NCBI GenBank assembly: GCA_051971635.1
Contig: JBFPLN010000006.1
Span: 32,001 to 96,000, forward strand
DNA from: Candidatus Atelocyanobacterium thalassae
GTDB taxonomy: Bacteria; Cyanobacteriota; Cyanobacteriia; Cyanobacteriales; Microcystaceae
DNA: 64,000 nt
Direction: 5' to 3'
The notes below the pieces were generated by a model that searched no databases, was not told the origin of the DNA, and was given only the letters and a program-made list of their open reading frames with translations. The first letter of the stretch is position 1; the number at the start of each line of letters is the position of its first letter. A program made the position numbers and the translations under genes. This document shows positions 20,323 through 31,418 of the stretch, piece after piece.

Positions 20323-21477
20323 TTAATCTTTATTAACCATGACCATCGAATCTTGACCATTTTCTCTAATCACACGGATTAATAAAGCTGCTAAAGTTAA
20401 ACTAGCAATGATTGAACTTCCTCCATAACTCCACAAAGGTAATGGCAAGCCAGTTGTCGGTAACAATCCAATTGTTACGCCAATATTCAACAGGGCTTGA
20501 CCTACCATCATGATCATACTACCAACAGCTATTAATCTTTTGACTGGATGAATACAATTTATCAACACTTTTAATGTAAAGGTTGCATATACAAATAACA
20601 ATAAGAGTAAGAACATACCTCCTAAAAAACCGAATTCTTCAGCATAAACTGAAAAAATAAAATCAGTGTAATGAATCGGGAGGTAAGACCATTTCTGTAT
20701 AGATTGTCCATATCCTAATCCAAAAATACCTCCAGACCCTATAGCTATTAAACTTTGTATTAATTGATAACCGTCAGTTTTAGCTATTTCATCTCTCCAA
20801 GGATCAAGGAATGATAAAATTCTTCTCAATTGATATCTATGAGTATAGACACTGAATGAAGCAGCTGATAAACCACTAATAGCTGCTGTCATTAAGTATC
20901 TTACAGGAATTCCAGAAGCAAGAGCAATTAACCATAAGCTAATACCACATAAGGCTGTAGTACTTAAATTAGGTTGTATTAAGATACCTGCCAAAACAGC
21001 TGAAAATATTAACATCCACTGTATCTTAAGACGTAATGAATGACGATACCAAAAACCAAAGATATAAGCACTTTGTAATACTAAAAATGGTTTAATTAAT
21101 TCTGAAGGCTGAATAATAGCAGGACCTATCTTAATCCAACGAGTAGCGCCATTAACCGTATGGCCTAGACCTGTCTTAGTCAATAAAATTAAACTTAGTA
21201 AGAAAAAAATAAAAAAAGGAACGAACTTCATTAGATATTTTAACGGTATTCTTACAATCATATTAAATCCTTGTAATCCTATCCATATCCAGATAGTTTG
21301 ACGAATGATATAGTGAAAACCATTACCAAAATCTTGTTGAGCACTATGGTAAGATGCAGAAAAAAGAGCAATCATACCTGAAAATAGCCATAAAAAAGTT
21401 AGCCAGCGCAAAAAACGAGCTTCTTTTGGCCATTCTTTAATACTAGGATCAATTATAGGAATAAAAAATCTGAGCAT
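20323..21477 (-). CDS. ftsW: SEDS-family peptidoglycan polymerase FtsW
   Basis: NGATRWI, IQPSELIK, GYQLIQS, TDFIFSVYAEEFG and LPTTGLPLP..SYGGSS; FtsW versus RodA not strictly resolved. Confidence 0.85.
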   Translation of the reverse strand: MLRFFIPIIDPSIKEWPKEARFLRWLTFLWLFSGMIALFSASYHSAQQDFGNGFHYIIRQTIWIWIGLQGFNMIVRIPLKYLMKFVPFFIFFLLSLILLTKTGLGHTVNGATRWIKIGPAIIQPSELIKPFLVLQSAYIFGFWYRHSLRLKIQWMLIFSAVLAGILIQPNLSTTALCGISLWLIALASGIPVRYLMTAAISGLSAASFSVYTHRYQLRRILSFLDPWRDEIAKTDGYQLIQSLIAIGSGGIFGLGYGQSIQKWSYLPIHYTDFIFSVYAEEFGFLGGMFLLLLLFVYATFTLKVLINCIHPVKRLIAVGSMIMMVGQALLNIGVTIGLLPTTGLPLPLWSYGGSSIIASLTLAALLIRVIRENGQDSMVMVNKD

Positions 21478-21676
21478 GAATAATATACTATTTGAGAGCT
21501 TATGGTAAAGATTAAGTGACTAATTGTTTGCAAAACAAATATGTTAAAGAATTATTCTATATTTTTAGACAGTCAAATTCACTTAGAGATTTACGCATTA
21601 TTGTTCTACTAATATTCTATAGGTTTCTCTTAATAGAAAAATCAGTATTTTTTATATGCATAACATATTGATAAAT

Positions 21677-22822
21677 TCAATTCTTGCTGTAATCATATAA
21701 AGTTTTTCTTTGTTGATGATAACGATTAATAGATTCAATAACTTGTTGAATTTTTTTTACAGATATGTAAGTGCCGTTCGTAGCTCCGGCCATAGCTGAA
21801 ATATTTTCTTCCATTAAAGTTCCACCAATATCATTACAACCCCAATTTAAAGCTTCAGTGGCTTTAGATAAACCTAATTTCACCCAGCTTGGTTGATGAT
21901 TAGGTATCCATTTCCCTAAAAAAATTCTTGATACGGCCGTAAGTAAAAAGATTTTATCAAAATCAAGTTCTCGAACTTGTAGGGAATTATGGGGAAAATT
22001 AGGAATGTTTTTACCAATGAAAGGTAAAAGAATAAACTCTGTAATCTTAGCAGGATATTTTTGTTCAATAGATTTTTGTTGCAATTTTCTTAAACGGCTT
22101 AAATGTTCTACCTGTTGATTTATGTTTTCGATATGACCACATAGCATTGTGCTAGTAGTATATATTCCTAATGAATGAGCTAAACTAATAATTTTAATCC
22201 ATGTGTCACTATTAATTTTTTCAGGGCAGATCTTATTCCTTACTTCATCACTCAGAACTTCAGCAGCAGTTCCTGGTATAGAATCTAAGCCAGAGTTTTT
22301 CAGCGCTATTATCGTATCTGCGTAACTTAGTTTATCTTCTTTAGAGATGAATGCTATTTCTTGAGGAGAAAATGCATGTATATGAATCTGAGGAAATTTC
22401 TTTTTGATAATTATCATTATTTTCTGATAATATTTTAAAGAACTTTTTTCTATTTTAAGATTTGGATTTAGGGCACCTTGGATACAAACTTCGGTAGCTC
22501 CTTTTTGTACAGCATTAGATACTTTTTGAATAATATTTTCTAGATTAAGAACATATGAATCTCTATCTTTTAAGTTGCGTCTAAACGCACAAAAACAACA
22601 ATGTTGTTCACAAATATTAGTAAAATTTATATTATGATTCATAACATAAGTTACGATATCTCCAACCTGTTTTTTTCGAAGATGATCGGCTGATTGACGT
22701 ATTTTACCAATTAGGTGCTTATTAGTTTGAGAGAGAAGAGTAATTGCATCATCTTCCGACAAATCAGTGTCGCTATCTACTTTTCTCAAAATATCTGCTA
22801 TCGTATTTTCTTGATATAGCAT
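21677..22822 (-). CDS. cofH: F0 (8-hydroxy-5-deazaflavin) synthase subunit CofH, radical SAM
   Basis: NINFTNICEQHCCFCAF CxxxCxxC, PGTAAEVL, NHQPSWVKLG and GCNDIGGTLMEE. Confidence 0.9.
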   Translation of the reverse strand: MLYQENTIADILRKVDSDTDLSEDDAITLLSQTNKHLIGKIRQSADHLRKKQVGDIVTYVMNHNINFTNICEQHCCFCAFRRNLKDRDSYVLNLENIIQKVSNAVQKGATEVCIQGALNPNLKIEKSSLKYYQKIMIIIKKKFPQIHIHAFSPQEIAFISKEDKLSYADTIIALKNSGLDSIPGTAAEVLSDEVRNKICPEKINSDTWIKIISLAHSLGIYTTSTMLCGHIENINQQVEHLSRLRKLQQKSIEQKYPAKITEFILLPFIGKNIPNFPHNSLQVRELDFDKIFLLTAVSRIFLGKWIPNHQPSWVKLGLSKATEALNWGCNDIGGTLMEENISAMAGATNGTYISVKKIQQVIESINRYHQQRKTLYDYSKN

Positions 22823-23072
22823 TAATTAATCACATTTTTACTATATGAGAATTTTAGGAAAAAACAAGTTTATTATTGGAATATATATTACTTAATAATA
22901 GTTAGAACAATGAAATACACACTACAAAGAAAGCTTTTGATACAAGAATATATCATACCATCCTGAATACAATTAGCTTAAATTATATTTTATAAAGTTG
23001 TTAACTATATTATTTTTACGATAAATAGCAATTACTGCTATTATTATTTCTAATTTAGAATGAAGGGTACTC

Positions 23073-24077
23073 GTGTTAAATAATAAACCTACGATTTTAG
23101 TTACAGGAGGGGCTGGATACATCGGTTCTCATGTGGCTTTATTGCTTAAAAAAGCAGGATATGAAGTTCTTATCCTTGATAATCTTTCTTTCGGTCATCC
23201 TGAAATTGTTACAGATGTTCTAAACATTGAGTTAATTATTGGAGACACTAATGATCGTCTTTTATTAGATCAAATTTTTACGACAAGGAACATCTCTGCT
23301 GTAATGCACTTTGCCGCTTTTCTTGCAGTGGGAGAATCAGTTTATAATCCAGCTATTTATTATAAAAATAACGTAGTAGGAACCTTAACTCTTTTAGAAG
23401 CAATGGTTGCCGCTAATGTTAGCAAACTCATTTTTTCTTCTACTTGTTCCATTTATGGAATATCTAATGATATTCCCATAACAGAAACCCATCCTAATAA
23501 TCCCTTAAATCCATATGCTTCAAGTAAATATATGGTTGAACAAATATTAAAAGATTTTGATAGAGCCTATGATTTAAAATCTGTAGTTTTTCGGTATTTC
23601 AACGCAGCAGGAGCTGATCCCTCTGGTAACTTAGGCGAAGACCATACACCTGAAGTCCATTTAATTCCGTTAGCATTATTTACAGCTTTAAAGAAGAGAG
23701 AATATCTTACCATCTTCGGCACGGATTATAATACTCCTGATGGTACTGCAATTAGAGATTATATTCATGTTAGCGATTTAGCAACAGCTCATATTCTTGG
23801 TTTAGAATATTTACTTAGTGGAGGGAAAAGCGATATGTTTAATTTAGGAAATGGCAATGGATTTTCTGTACGAGAAGTAATTGATGTAGTGAAAAAGATT
23901 ACTAATGTAGATTTTTCAGTCAAAGAAGGTAATCGCCGCCAAGGAGACGCACCTATTCTAGTAGGAAGTGGAAATAAGATCCAATACAAACTAAATTGGA
24001 AACCACAATATTCTAATTTAGAAACTATAGTTGATCACGCTTGGAAATGGCATAGTAAAAGACATGGAATAATATAA
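23073..24077 (+). CDS. galE: UDP-glucose 4-epimerase
   Basis: ILVTGGAGYIGSH, YxxxK (YASSK), FRYFNAAGA and DGTAIRDYIHV. Confidence 0.95.
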   Translation: MLNNKPTILVTGGAGYIGSHVALLLKKAGYEVLILDNLSFGHPEIVTDVLNIELIIGDTNDRLLLDQIFTTRNISAVMHFAAFLAVGESVYNPAIYYKNNVVGTLTLLEAMVAANVSKLIFSSTCSIYGISNDIPITETHPNNPLNPYASSKYMVEQILKDFDRAYDLKSVVFRYFNAAGADPSGNLGEDHTPEVHLIPLALFTALKKREYLTIFGTDYNTPDGTAIRDYIHVSDLATAHILGLEYLLSGGKSDMFNLGNGNGFSVREVIDVVKKITNVDFSVKEGNRRQGDAPILVGSGNKIQYKLNWKPQYSNLETIVDHAWKWHSKRHGII

Positions 24078-24191
24078 AATAGAAAAATTTAAATAGCTAT
24101 AAGACCTATCTAAATTCTATCCTTTTTAAAGTTTAATTTTTATTACTGATACAAGATATTTTAAAAGCAACTCTTTATTTATTAATATTTC

Positions 24192-24232
24192 AAGATGTAT
24201 AACCTATTTATATTAAATAGGTTATACATCTT
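24192..24232. terminator. 19-bp perfect inverted repeat between convergent galE and acsF
   Basis: aagatgtataacctattta-tat-taaataggttatacatctt. Confidence 0.85.
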
Positions 24233-24246
24233 AAAACTAAAACACT

Positions 24247-25323
24247 TTAATGTATAGTTCCTTGCAAATGTTCAGTACTAATCGGTTTCATCAGATATAA
24301 CTTGATAAGTTGAGTTACATTAGATATTAGGACTGGTAATTTTCTTAAAGACTTTAAAACATAGGGTTGTTTACTAGAATCTATTTCTCTTAATTTAGCA
24401 TTATTACTAACACATATTTCTAGACCTTCATAAAATTTAGGATCCTTAAGATTTAATATTACTGGAAAAACTCGCCCAGCCACTTCATTGGTTTTTGCGA
24501 TCACGTACTTATCATAGTCCCGAGCATTTAGGCCAATAGCTGAATAAAAATCACTTCTTTGAACATCATTGAAATACATAGTTGCAAATACTGATAATAA
24601 GAAAAAGCGACACCATAGGCGGGCTTTCCAATTATTCAATATTTCAGGATTTGCTTTCATAATTGCATCAAAAAAATCTCCATGCCGATTTTCATCTTGG
24701 CACCAGTTTTCAAAAAAATTAAAGATAGGATATATTTTGTTTTCAGGATTATTTTCTAAATGGCGATAAATTGTAATGTAACGCCAATAACCAATTTTTT
24801 CTGATAGATAAGTTGCATAGAAAATAAACTTAGGTTGAAAAAAAGTATAGCTACGACTTTTAGTTAAAAATCCTAAGTCTAGAGTCATATTAAAGTCTGA
24901 CAAAGCTTTGTTTAAAAATCCAGCATGTCGTGCTTCATCTCGAGACATTAACAAAAAACATTCTGCAAGAATAGGGTTTTTGTTTTTTAAACGTCGTCCC
25001 AGTTCTTTGTAGAGTAGAAAACCTGAAAATTCAGCTGTGCATGAACGCTCTAAAAATTCAATAAATAACTTACGAGTATCGTCGTCAAAATGATCCCATG
25101 TTTGAGAAAACTCTTCACGTCGAATAAAATGATAGCGATTATAATCTTTACGAAACTCTTCGAGAATAGCCTTTAATTCTTCTTCATTAATTGAAATATC
25201 CATTTTGGCTAACGCTTCAAAATCAGTCGTATAGAAGCGAGGAGTTAAAAGAGTCTCTTTTGCGGGAGATTTAATATTTGGATGTAATTCTTTGGATTTA
25301 GGTTTTTGAAGAGTATTTACCAT
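24247..25323 (-). CDS. acsF: Mg-protoporphyrin IX monomethyl ester oxidative cyclase
   Basis: [23 protein letters not shown], di-iron DEARH and DENRH motifs. Confidence 0.97.
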   Translation of the reverse strand: MVNTLQKPKSKELHPNIKSPAKETLLTPRFYTTDFEALAKMDISINEEELKAILEEFRKDYNRYHFIRREEFSQTWDHFDDDTRKLFIEFLERSCTAEFSGFLLYKELGRRLKNKNPILAECFLLMSRDEARHAGFLNKALSDFNMTLDLGFLTKSRSYTFFQPKFIFYATYLSEKIGYWRYITIYRHLENNPENKIYPIFNFFENWCQDENRHGDFFDAIMKANPEILNNWKARLWCRFFLLSVFATMYFNDVQRSDFYSAIGLNARDYDKYVIAKTNEVAGRVFPVILNLKDPKFYEGLEICVSNNAKLREIDSSKQPYVLKSLRKLPVLISNVTQLIKLYLMKPISTEHLQGTIH

Positions 25324-25889
25324 AAGTTATTTTAAAGATTTTTTGTGATTCAATCATAGACCTAGCACTTTTAAGGTAATGAAATTACCATTATTCTTAT
25401 GAAGAATATACGAATAAAAAGCTGAGATTACAGTGTAACAGGATTAAGAGCATTAAGAAATATTGTTTATGTCAAGAATTACAACATATTATCAATTTTT
25501 ATTAAGAAAAATAGGTTTTTAGTTAATTATTTATACTTTATTAAATATTTAAGAAAATTATACTTTATTTGCTAAATATCGTAACTATATTTCTAGCACT
25601 CTCATGTTATTTATCTCGAGTAATATCAATATAGTATTTTTACCCGATAGATATTTGACTGTAAAAATCTGAAAATCAATAGGTCAAGTATACATAAATT
25701 AAATTATAATTTCTATAATGGTATTTAATATTTAGTTTCTTTTTATAAGAAGTCTTCTTTGCCAGAAAATATAGATAGAAAAGACTATAACCAATTCTTT
25801 AACATGGTTATTCCAATTCTAATAGAATAAATTCTACAATAAATAATTAATCGTAGAACTTTACAATGATTTTTAGATAACTTTTTGAA

Positions 25890-26534
25890 ATGAGCTCAAA
25901 CTTTAACCAAAGTCTACGACTAATCCCCATGTTATCAGGTAGTTTGGGTAGCGTACTACTAGTAATTAATCGCTTCACAACAATACAAATAACTGATTCT
26001 CAAGCAAGATCTGATGTTGTCGGAATTATTTTGAGCGGAGTATTGGTTCTTGTTGGATTACTTTGGCAACAAATTCAAACAAAATCACCAAATGCTGTTG
26101 TTCTAATAGGAGAAGAAAAAATTGAGTTTAGACCCCATTTAGACGAAGAAACAAAAATAGATTTAGCTTGGGCATCTCATCTTATACTAAATAACACTGT
26201 TACTAAATCTATGATTATTTATTATAAAAAAGATATCCTCCTGCGTCGGGGTATCTTAGGAAAAAATGATGAAGTTATTCCAGGCAAAATATTAAATAAA
26301 GTTTTTCAAGAACAGAGACCAATTTATTTAGTTAATCTTGAACTATATCCAGGAAAAATTGAATTTGATTATTTACCAATAAATACACAGGGTGTTATTT
26401 GTCAGCCTTTGGGAGAAAATGGAGTGATGATTCTTGGTACTAACGTTGCTCGTAGCTATACCAAACAAGATGAAAATTGGATCGAAGGTATTGCTGATAA
26501 AATAGCTTTAACCTTACAAAAAAAACTAGGTTAA
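25890..26534 (+). CDS. cofactor assembly of complex C subunit B (CCB2/CCB4 family)
   Basis: Two N-terminal TM helices with SQARSD; LAWASH and YPGKIEFDYLPINTQGVICQP GAF-like domain. Confidence 0.8.
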   Translation: MSSNFNQSLRLIPMLSGSLGSVLLVINRFTTIQITDSQARSDVVGIILSGVLVLVGLLWQQIQTKSPNAVVLIGEEKIEFRPHLDEETKIDLAWASHLILNNTVTKSMIIYYKKDILLRRGILGKNDEVIPGKILNKVFQEQRPIYLVNLELYPGKIEFDYLPINTQGVICQPLGENGVMILGTNVARSYTKQDENWIEGIADKIALTLQKKLG

Positions 26535-26544
26535 TTTATCAAGG

Positions 26545-26568
26545 AATAGTAAGGTTAATCTTACTATT
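26545..26568. terminator. short inverted repeat between convergent CCB gene and ABC transporter
   Basis: aatagtaag ... cttactatt. Confidence 0.5.
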
Positions 26569-26651
26569 TAATTTATGTAAAACAACCTTTAACCACGATA
26601 GCTACTTTATCCAATGTTATTTTTAAGCTGATATATAAATATATTCATTGA

Positions 26652-28481
26652 TTATTCATGTTTCATTATTTGTAACTGATATAAATTCTTATATAACCCT
26701 TTTTGTTTAATTAAATTTTGATGATTTCCTGATTGAATTATCTTACCTTGTTTTAGAACTAATATTTTATCAACATCTTTAATAGTTGATAGTCTATGAG
26801 CAATGATAAGTCCTGTTCTATTAATCAATAGTTGCTTTAATGCTTTTTGTATTAAAGCTTCGGTCTTTACGTCTAAACTAGCTGTAGCTTCGTCTAATAC
26901 TAAAATATTTGGATTACGAATAGCAATCCTAGCAAAAGCTAATAATTGTTTTTCTCCTTTAGAAAGATTAGTCCCTTTTTCTTTTATTATCGTATGGTAT
27001 CCTTCAGGAAATTTTTCAATCAATTGATCTGTATTAGTTGATTTTGCCGCTTTTTTTACCTCTTCTAAAGAATATTTTTCTCCTAGAGTTATATTTCTTT
27101 TAATATCACCAGCAAATAAGAAATTTTCCTGTAAGATTATTCCAATATATTTTCTAAGTTCCTGTTTAGAGATGTATCTACTATCAATTCCATCAATCAA
27201 AATTTTTCCATGAGTAGGTTCATATAGACGTGACAAAAGCCTTATTATTGAACTTTTTCCAGATCCTGTCGGTCCTACTAAAGCAATTTTTTCTCCTGGA
27301 GAGATCTTAAAATTTAAGTTTTTAAGAATAAAATCATTTTTCCTGTATCCAAACCAGACATTATCAAAAATAATTTCGCCTATTTTTTTGTTATTATTTT
27401 TAGCAATTGAAAAATTTATATTTGTTTTACTTTCTTTTATCTCTATAGGTTCTTGCATTAGTTCTGTAATACGTTCAATTGCAGTAAACCCAGACTGAAA
27501 TGTAGTAAATTTATCAGCAAATTGACGTAAAGGATTAAATAATCGCTGAGCGTACAAAATAAATGCAGACAAAGTACCAAAATTGATACTAGTATTCATT
27601 ATACCAATACCTCCCAACAGAAGAACTGTTGCAATCGCCACTAAACTTATCCATTCTAAAGTAGCAGAAACTGCTGAATCATGAAAAATTGTCTTACTCG
27701 TTGCCTGACGATAATTTTTATTTATGTCTTTAAACAAGTCGCTATTAAAGTTCTCTCTTCGAAAAATTTGAACTACATTAATACCTGAAATATTTTCTTG
27801 TATCATTGAATTTAATTCAGATAATTTTTCTCTTGACCGATAATTTGCCCTACGATACTGTTTTTGAAAATATACTACTAATCCTGCTACAGGAATTATC
27901 ATAAATAAAAGCACTAAAGCCATTTTTATATCTAGCGTAAGCATCGTAATTATAATTGCTAAGATATAAACTGAATCACTAATAATGCCAATTCCACCAC
28001 TAGCAAAAATATTACCTAAAGCCTCTACATCACTAGTCAAACGGGTAATTAAGTTACCTATCGGAGTCCTGTTAAAAAAACTGCTTTCTAAAGAAATAAC
28101 ATGGCTATACAAGTCTTTCCTGATATCAGCTGTGATGTTTTGTCCTAACTTCTGAACAATAAATCCCTGGATAGAAGAACAAACTAAGCGAATAATTATT
28201 GTGGATAATAGTAAAATTATCAGCAACTGTAACCCTTGTTCTAAAGATAATATTTCTATAAAGTTCCAAGTTGCTTCTTGACGTGATAAGGAGATTGCTT
28301 GTCCTACCAGAAGTGGCTGTATAGCACCTGCTATAGACAAAGGTATCAATAAAAATATCGACGATAATAGTAAACCAGGATATGAAAGAACATAAGGCAA
28401 TAATTTAAAAATTAAATTCTCACTATGTTTTCGTGGACTTATAGCAGATTTTTTGAATCGTAATTTAGAAGAAACAATCAT
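26652..28481 (-). CDS. ABC exporter, fused permease and ATPase (MdlB/MsbA-like)
   Basis: TM domain followed by GPTGSGKS, LSKGEKQ and ILVLDEAT. Confidence 0.93.
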   Translation of the reverse strand: MIVSSKLRFKKSAISPRKHSENLIFKLLPYVLSYPGLLLSSIFLLIPLSIAGAIQPLLVGQAISLSRQEATWNFIEILSLEQGLQLLIILLLSTIIIRLVCSSIQGFIVQKLGQNITADIRKDLYSHVISLESSFFNRTPIGNLITRLTSDVEALGNIFASGGIGIISDSVYILAIIITMLTLDIKMALVLLFMIIPVAGLVVYFQKQYRRANYRSREKLSELNSMIQENISGINVVQIFRRENFNSDLFKDINKNYRQATSKTIFHDSAVSATLEWISLVAIATVLLLGGIGIMNTSINFGTLSAFILYAQRLFNPLRQFADKFTTFQSGFTAIERITELMQEPIEIKESKTNINFSIAKNNNKKIGEIIFDNVWFGYRKNDFILKNLNFKISPGEKIALVGPTGSGKSSIIRLLSRLYEPTHGKILIDGIDSRYISKQELRKYIGIILQENFLFAGDIKRNITLGEKYSLEEVKKAAKSTNTDQLIEKFPEGYHTIIKEKGTNLSKGEKQLLAFARIAIRNPNILVLDEATASLDVKTEALIQKALKQLLINRTGLIIAHRLSTIKDVDKILVLKQGKIIQSGNHQNLIKQKGLYKNLYQLQIMKHE

Positions 28482-28542
28482 ATATGAACATAACGTATAT
28501 TTATTACCGTTTTTTAAGCTAATACTTAATAAATGTTACTAA

Positions 28543-29970
28543 TCAAGATAAGTTTATATTATTTACTGAATTTGGTATTAAAATTTGGTAATTATTAATT
28601 TTTTCCAGTTGAGCAGCTACACGAATTAGAACTAGTTCATCAGCAGGCTTTCCTACTAGTTGGATTCCAACCGGCAATCCTTTATCGTCGTATCCCATAG
28701 GTAAACTTATAACAGGTAATCCACTAGCATTAAATGCTGGGCAAGGAGATATCCAATTAATAATTTTATCTAAAGTCTTTTCAGGCGGTAGGTTAGACCA
28801 TTCTCCAACTTTTATAGGTTGATGCAAGTAAATAGGTAAAATTAGAATATCAAAGGTATCAAAAAAACTGATTAATTTACGAGAAAAGATTTGTATTTTA
28901 TGAACTGCTTGTAAATATTCTCCTGCTGTTACAGTACGTTGTTGTAACCAAATATTTAATGGACTTAAAATATTTAATGGTAATCCAGCTGCTTCGACTC
29001 CTGATTGCCAAATGACTGTAAATGGATCGATCAAGGCCTCTACCGAAGGACATTTCTCTTCTAAATTATGCCCTAAAGACTCCAGAAGTAGAGCAGCTTT
29101 TTGAATTGTTTTTTTGATAATTAATTCAGTTTCTAAGAAAGGCAGAATTTGATGGGAAAAGGCAATAGTTAAAGGCTTAGAGATTTGCTTAGTAGCTTCT
29201 AGAAAAGAGGTTTTAGGTGTAGGCAACCAATATGGATCTCCTTTGGTATAGCCTGCCATTATATCTAACAAAGCTGCAGCATCACTCACTGTACGTGCTA
29301 TAGGACCATTACTAGAAATTCCACTTTGATAATCTCCAACAGGAGAATTAGATACTCTTCCTCTGGAAGGTTTTATTCCGACTAGTCCACAACAACCAGC
29401 TGGTCCTCGAATTGATCCACCTCCATCAGATCCCTGAGCGATAGGACACATTCCTGAAGCAACAGCAGCAGCTGAACCACCACTTGATCCTCCTGATGTA
29501 TAATCTAAATTCCAAGGATTCCTAGAGGGTAAAAAGCCTGGAGGTTCTGTATATGGGAATGATCCTAATTGAGAAGTTGCTGTCTTACCCAAAATTATAA
29601 ACCCAGCGTTTTTTAAACGTTTGGTAACTTCATCATCATAACTAGCAATATTATTTTTAAGAGCAGCTATACCATAAGATAAAGGCATACCTACTACAGA
29701 GTTGAGATCCTTTATCCCAATAGGAACCCCAAAAAAAGGAGGAAGATAGTCTAGTTTAGATATAGTTTTTAATTGTTTCGTCTTTAGTTCAGCATCTTTG
29801 AGAGCATTGCTTTTTGCAACAAAGAAAAAGCTTCCTAATTTTGAATTATATTTTTCAATTCGTTCTAAAAATAATTGAGTTAAATCTAAAGGTGTAATTT
29901 GACGATTTAGAATTAGCTTAGCCAATTCTAAGGCAGGAGTAAAAGCTAAATCAATATCAATTGAACTCAT
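28543..29970 (-). CDS. amidase-signature family enzyme
   Basis: GVPIGIKDL, SGGSSGGSAAAV and GSDGGGSIRGPA (Lys-cisSer-Ser triad). Confidence 0.92.
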   Translation of the reverse strand: MSSIDIDLAFTPALELAKLILNRQITPLDLTQLFLERIEKYNSKLGSFFFVAKSNALKDAELKTKQLKTISKLDYLPPFFGVPIGIKDLNSVVGMPLSYGIAALKNNIASYDDEVTKRLKNAGFIILGKTATSQLGSFPYTEPPGFLPSRNPWNLDYTSGGSSGGSAAAVASGMCPIAQGSDGGGSIRGPAGCCGLVGIKPSRGRVSNSPVGDYQSGISSNGPIARTVSDAAALLDIMAGYTKGDPYWLPTPKTSFLEATKQISKPLTIAFSHQILPFLETELIIKKTIQKAALLLESLGHNLEEKCPSVEALIDPFTVIWQSGVEAAGLPLNILSPLNIWLQQRTVTAGEYLQAVHKIQIFSRKLISFFDTFDILILPIYLHQPIKVGEWSNLPPEKTLDKIINWISPCPAFNASGLPVISLPMGYDDKGLPVGIQLVGKPADELVLIRVAAQLEKINNYQILIPNSVNNINLS

Positions 29971-30237
29971 TTGTAATAAATACTAAATATCTTATAATTT
30001 ATAGGATGTCTGATTTAAAACTAGTATTTTATATCAATATGTTACTACAGCATACTAATTTAGTATTTTTGATACTTTCTACATAGTTTATTAGTAAATC
30101 TTATTTTATTGACAAAATGAATATTTTTCTAGCTTTATGGTGCTTGAACAATATTTATTAAAATTTAGTAATAAGAAGATTCATAAATATGATCCTATGT
30201 CACACTATAGTATTAACTAAGTTTTTTGTCCTGACAT

Positions 30238-31368
30238 ATGACTTCATCTACCTATAAAGTTTGTATTACTCTAGGAACTCGTCCGGAAGCGATAAAACTT
30301 GCTCCTTTAATAAAAAAATTTCAAAGTTCAGAAGCACTTACCACCTACGTTATTTTAACAGGACAACATCAAGAGATGGTGAGACAAGTCATGAAGTTAT
30401 TTAATATTGAAGCAAATGAAGATTTAAAAATAATGCAACCTGATCAAAGTCTTACTGACATTACTTGTCGTAGCTTAAGGGGACTAGAAGAAATTTTTAT
30501 CAAAATTAATCCTCAATTCGTTATTGTTCAAGGAGATACTACTACTTCTTTTGCAGCAAGTTTGGCAGCTTTTTATCAAAAAATACCTATTGGTCATGTA
30601 GAAGCAGGCTTAAGAACAGATAATATCTATAATCCTTATCCAGAAGAGGCCAATCGTCGCTTAATTTCTCAGCTTGCTCAGTTGCATTTTGCACCAACCT
30701 CCTTAGCTTTAGAAAATTTAAAACGTTCTAATATTACAGGAGAAGCATATTTAACCGGAAATACTGTTGTTGATGCTTTGTTAGATGTTGCTGAAAAATT
30801 TCCTGATTGTAATATTAGCAATTTAGACTGGAACCAATATGATGTTCTTTTAGCGACTGTACATCGAAGAGAAAATTGGGGTACTCCGCTAGAAGATATT
30901 CTTAAAAGCTTCTGTCTTATTCTAGAAAAATTTCCTAATGTTGCTTTCTTAATACCTATGCATCGTAATCCAATTATTAGAAAACCTATTGAAGATACCT
31001 TAGGTAGGCATCCTAGAGTTTTCTTGACTGAACCTTTAGATTATACAGAGTTGATAGGAGCTATTCAAAGATGTTATTTACTATTAACAGATTCTGGTGG
31101 TTTACAAGAAGAAGCACCAAGTCTTGGTAAACCTTTACTAGTATTACGAGATACTACAGAACGTCCAGAAGCCGTTGAGGCTGGTACTGCTACTTTAGTA
31201 GGTACTGATCCTAGTAAAATTTTAATGAAAGTTGACGAACTGCTTACGAATAAACTAATGTATGCAGAAATGGCTAATAAAGTTAATCCTTTTGGGGATG
31301 GACAGTCTAGTCGTAAAATTTTAGAAATCGTTCAAAATTTTTTAAAAAAACATAGTTCATCTAAATAA
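30238..31368 (+). CDS. wecB: UDP-N-acetylglucosamine 2-epimerase (non-hydrolysing)
   Basis: GTRPEAIKLAP, TGQH, VQGDTTT, HVEAGLRT and TDSGGLQEEAP. Confidence 0.96.
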   Translation: MTSSTYKVCITLGTRPEAIKLAPLIKKFQSSEALTTYVILTGQHQEMVRQVMKLFNIEANEDLKIMQPDQSLTDITCRSLRGLEEIFIKINPQFVIVQGDTTTSFAASLAAFYQKIPIGHVEAGLRTDNIYNPYPEEANRRLISQLAQLHFAPTSLALENLKRSNITGEAYLTGNTVVDALLDVAEKFPDCNISNLDWNQYDVLLATVHRRENWGTPLEDILKSFCLILEKFPNVAFLIPMHRNPIIRKPIEDTLGRHPRVFLTEPLDYTELIGAIQRCYLLLTDSGGLQEEAPSLGKPLLVLRDTTERPEAVEAGTATLVGTDPSKILMKVDELLTNKLMYAEMANKVNPFGDGQSSRKILEIVQNFLKKHSSSK

Positions 31369-31418
31369 AATTTAATCTTTTTGAGCTTAATTTTCTTTTT
31401 ATTCTTTTAATTTTAATA

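Noticed and set aside
28543..29970. gatA
   Set aside because: Amidase signature is present but GatA-specific motifs are not evident and there is no gatB/gatC context; left as generic amidase
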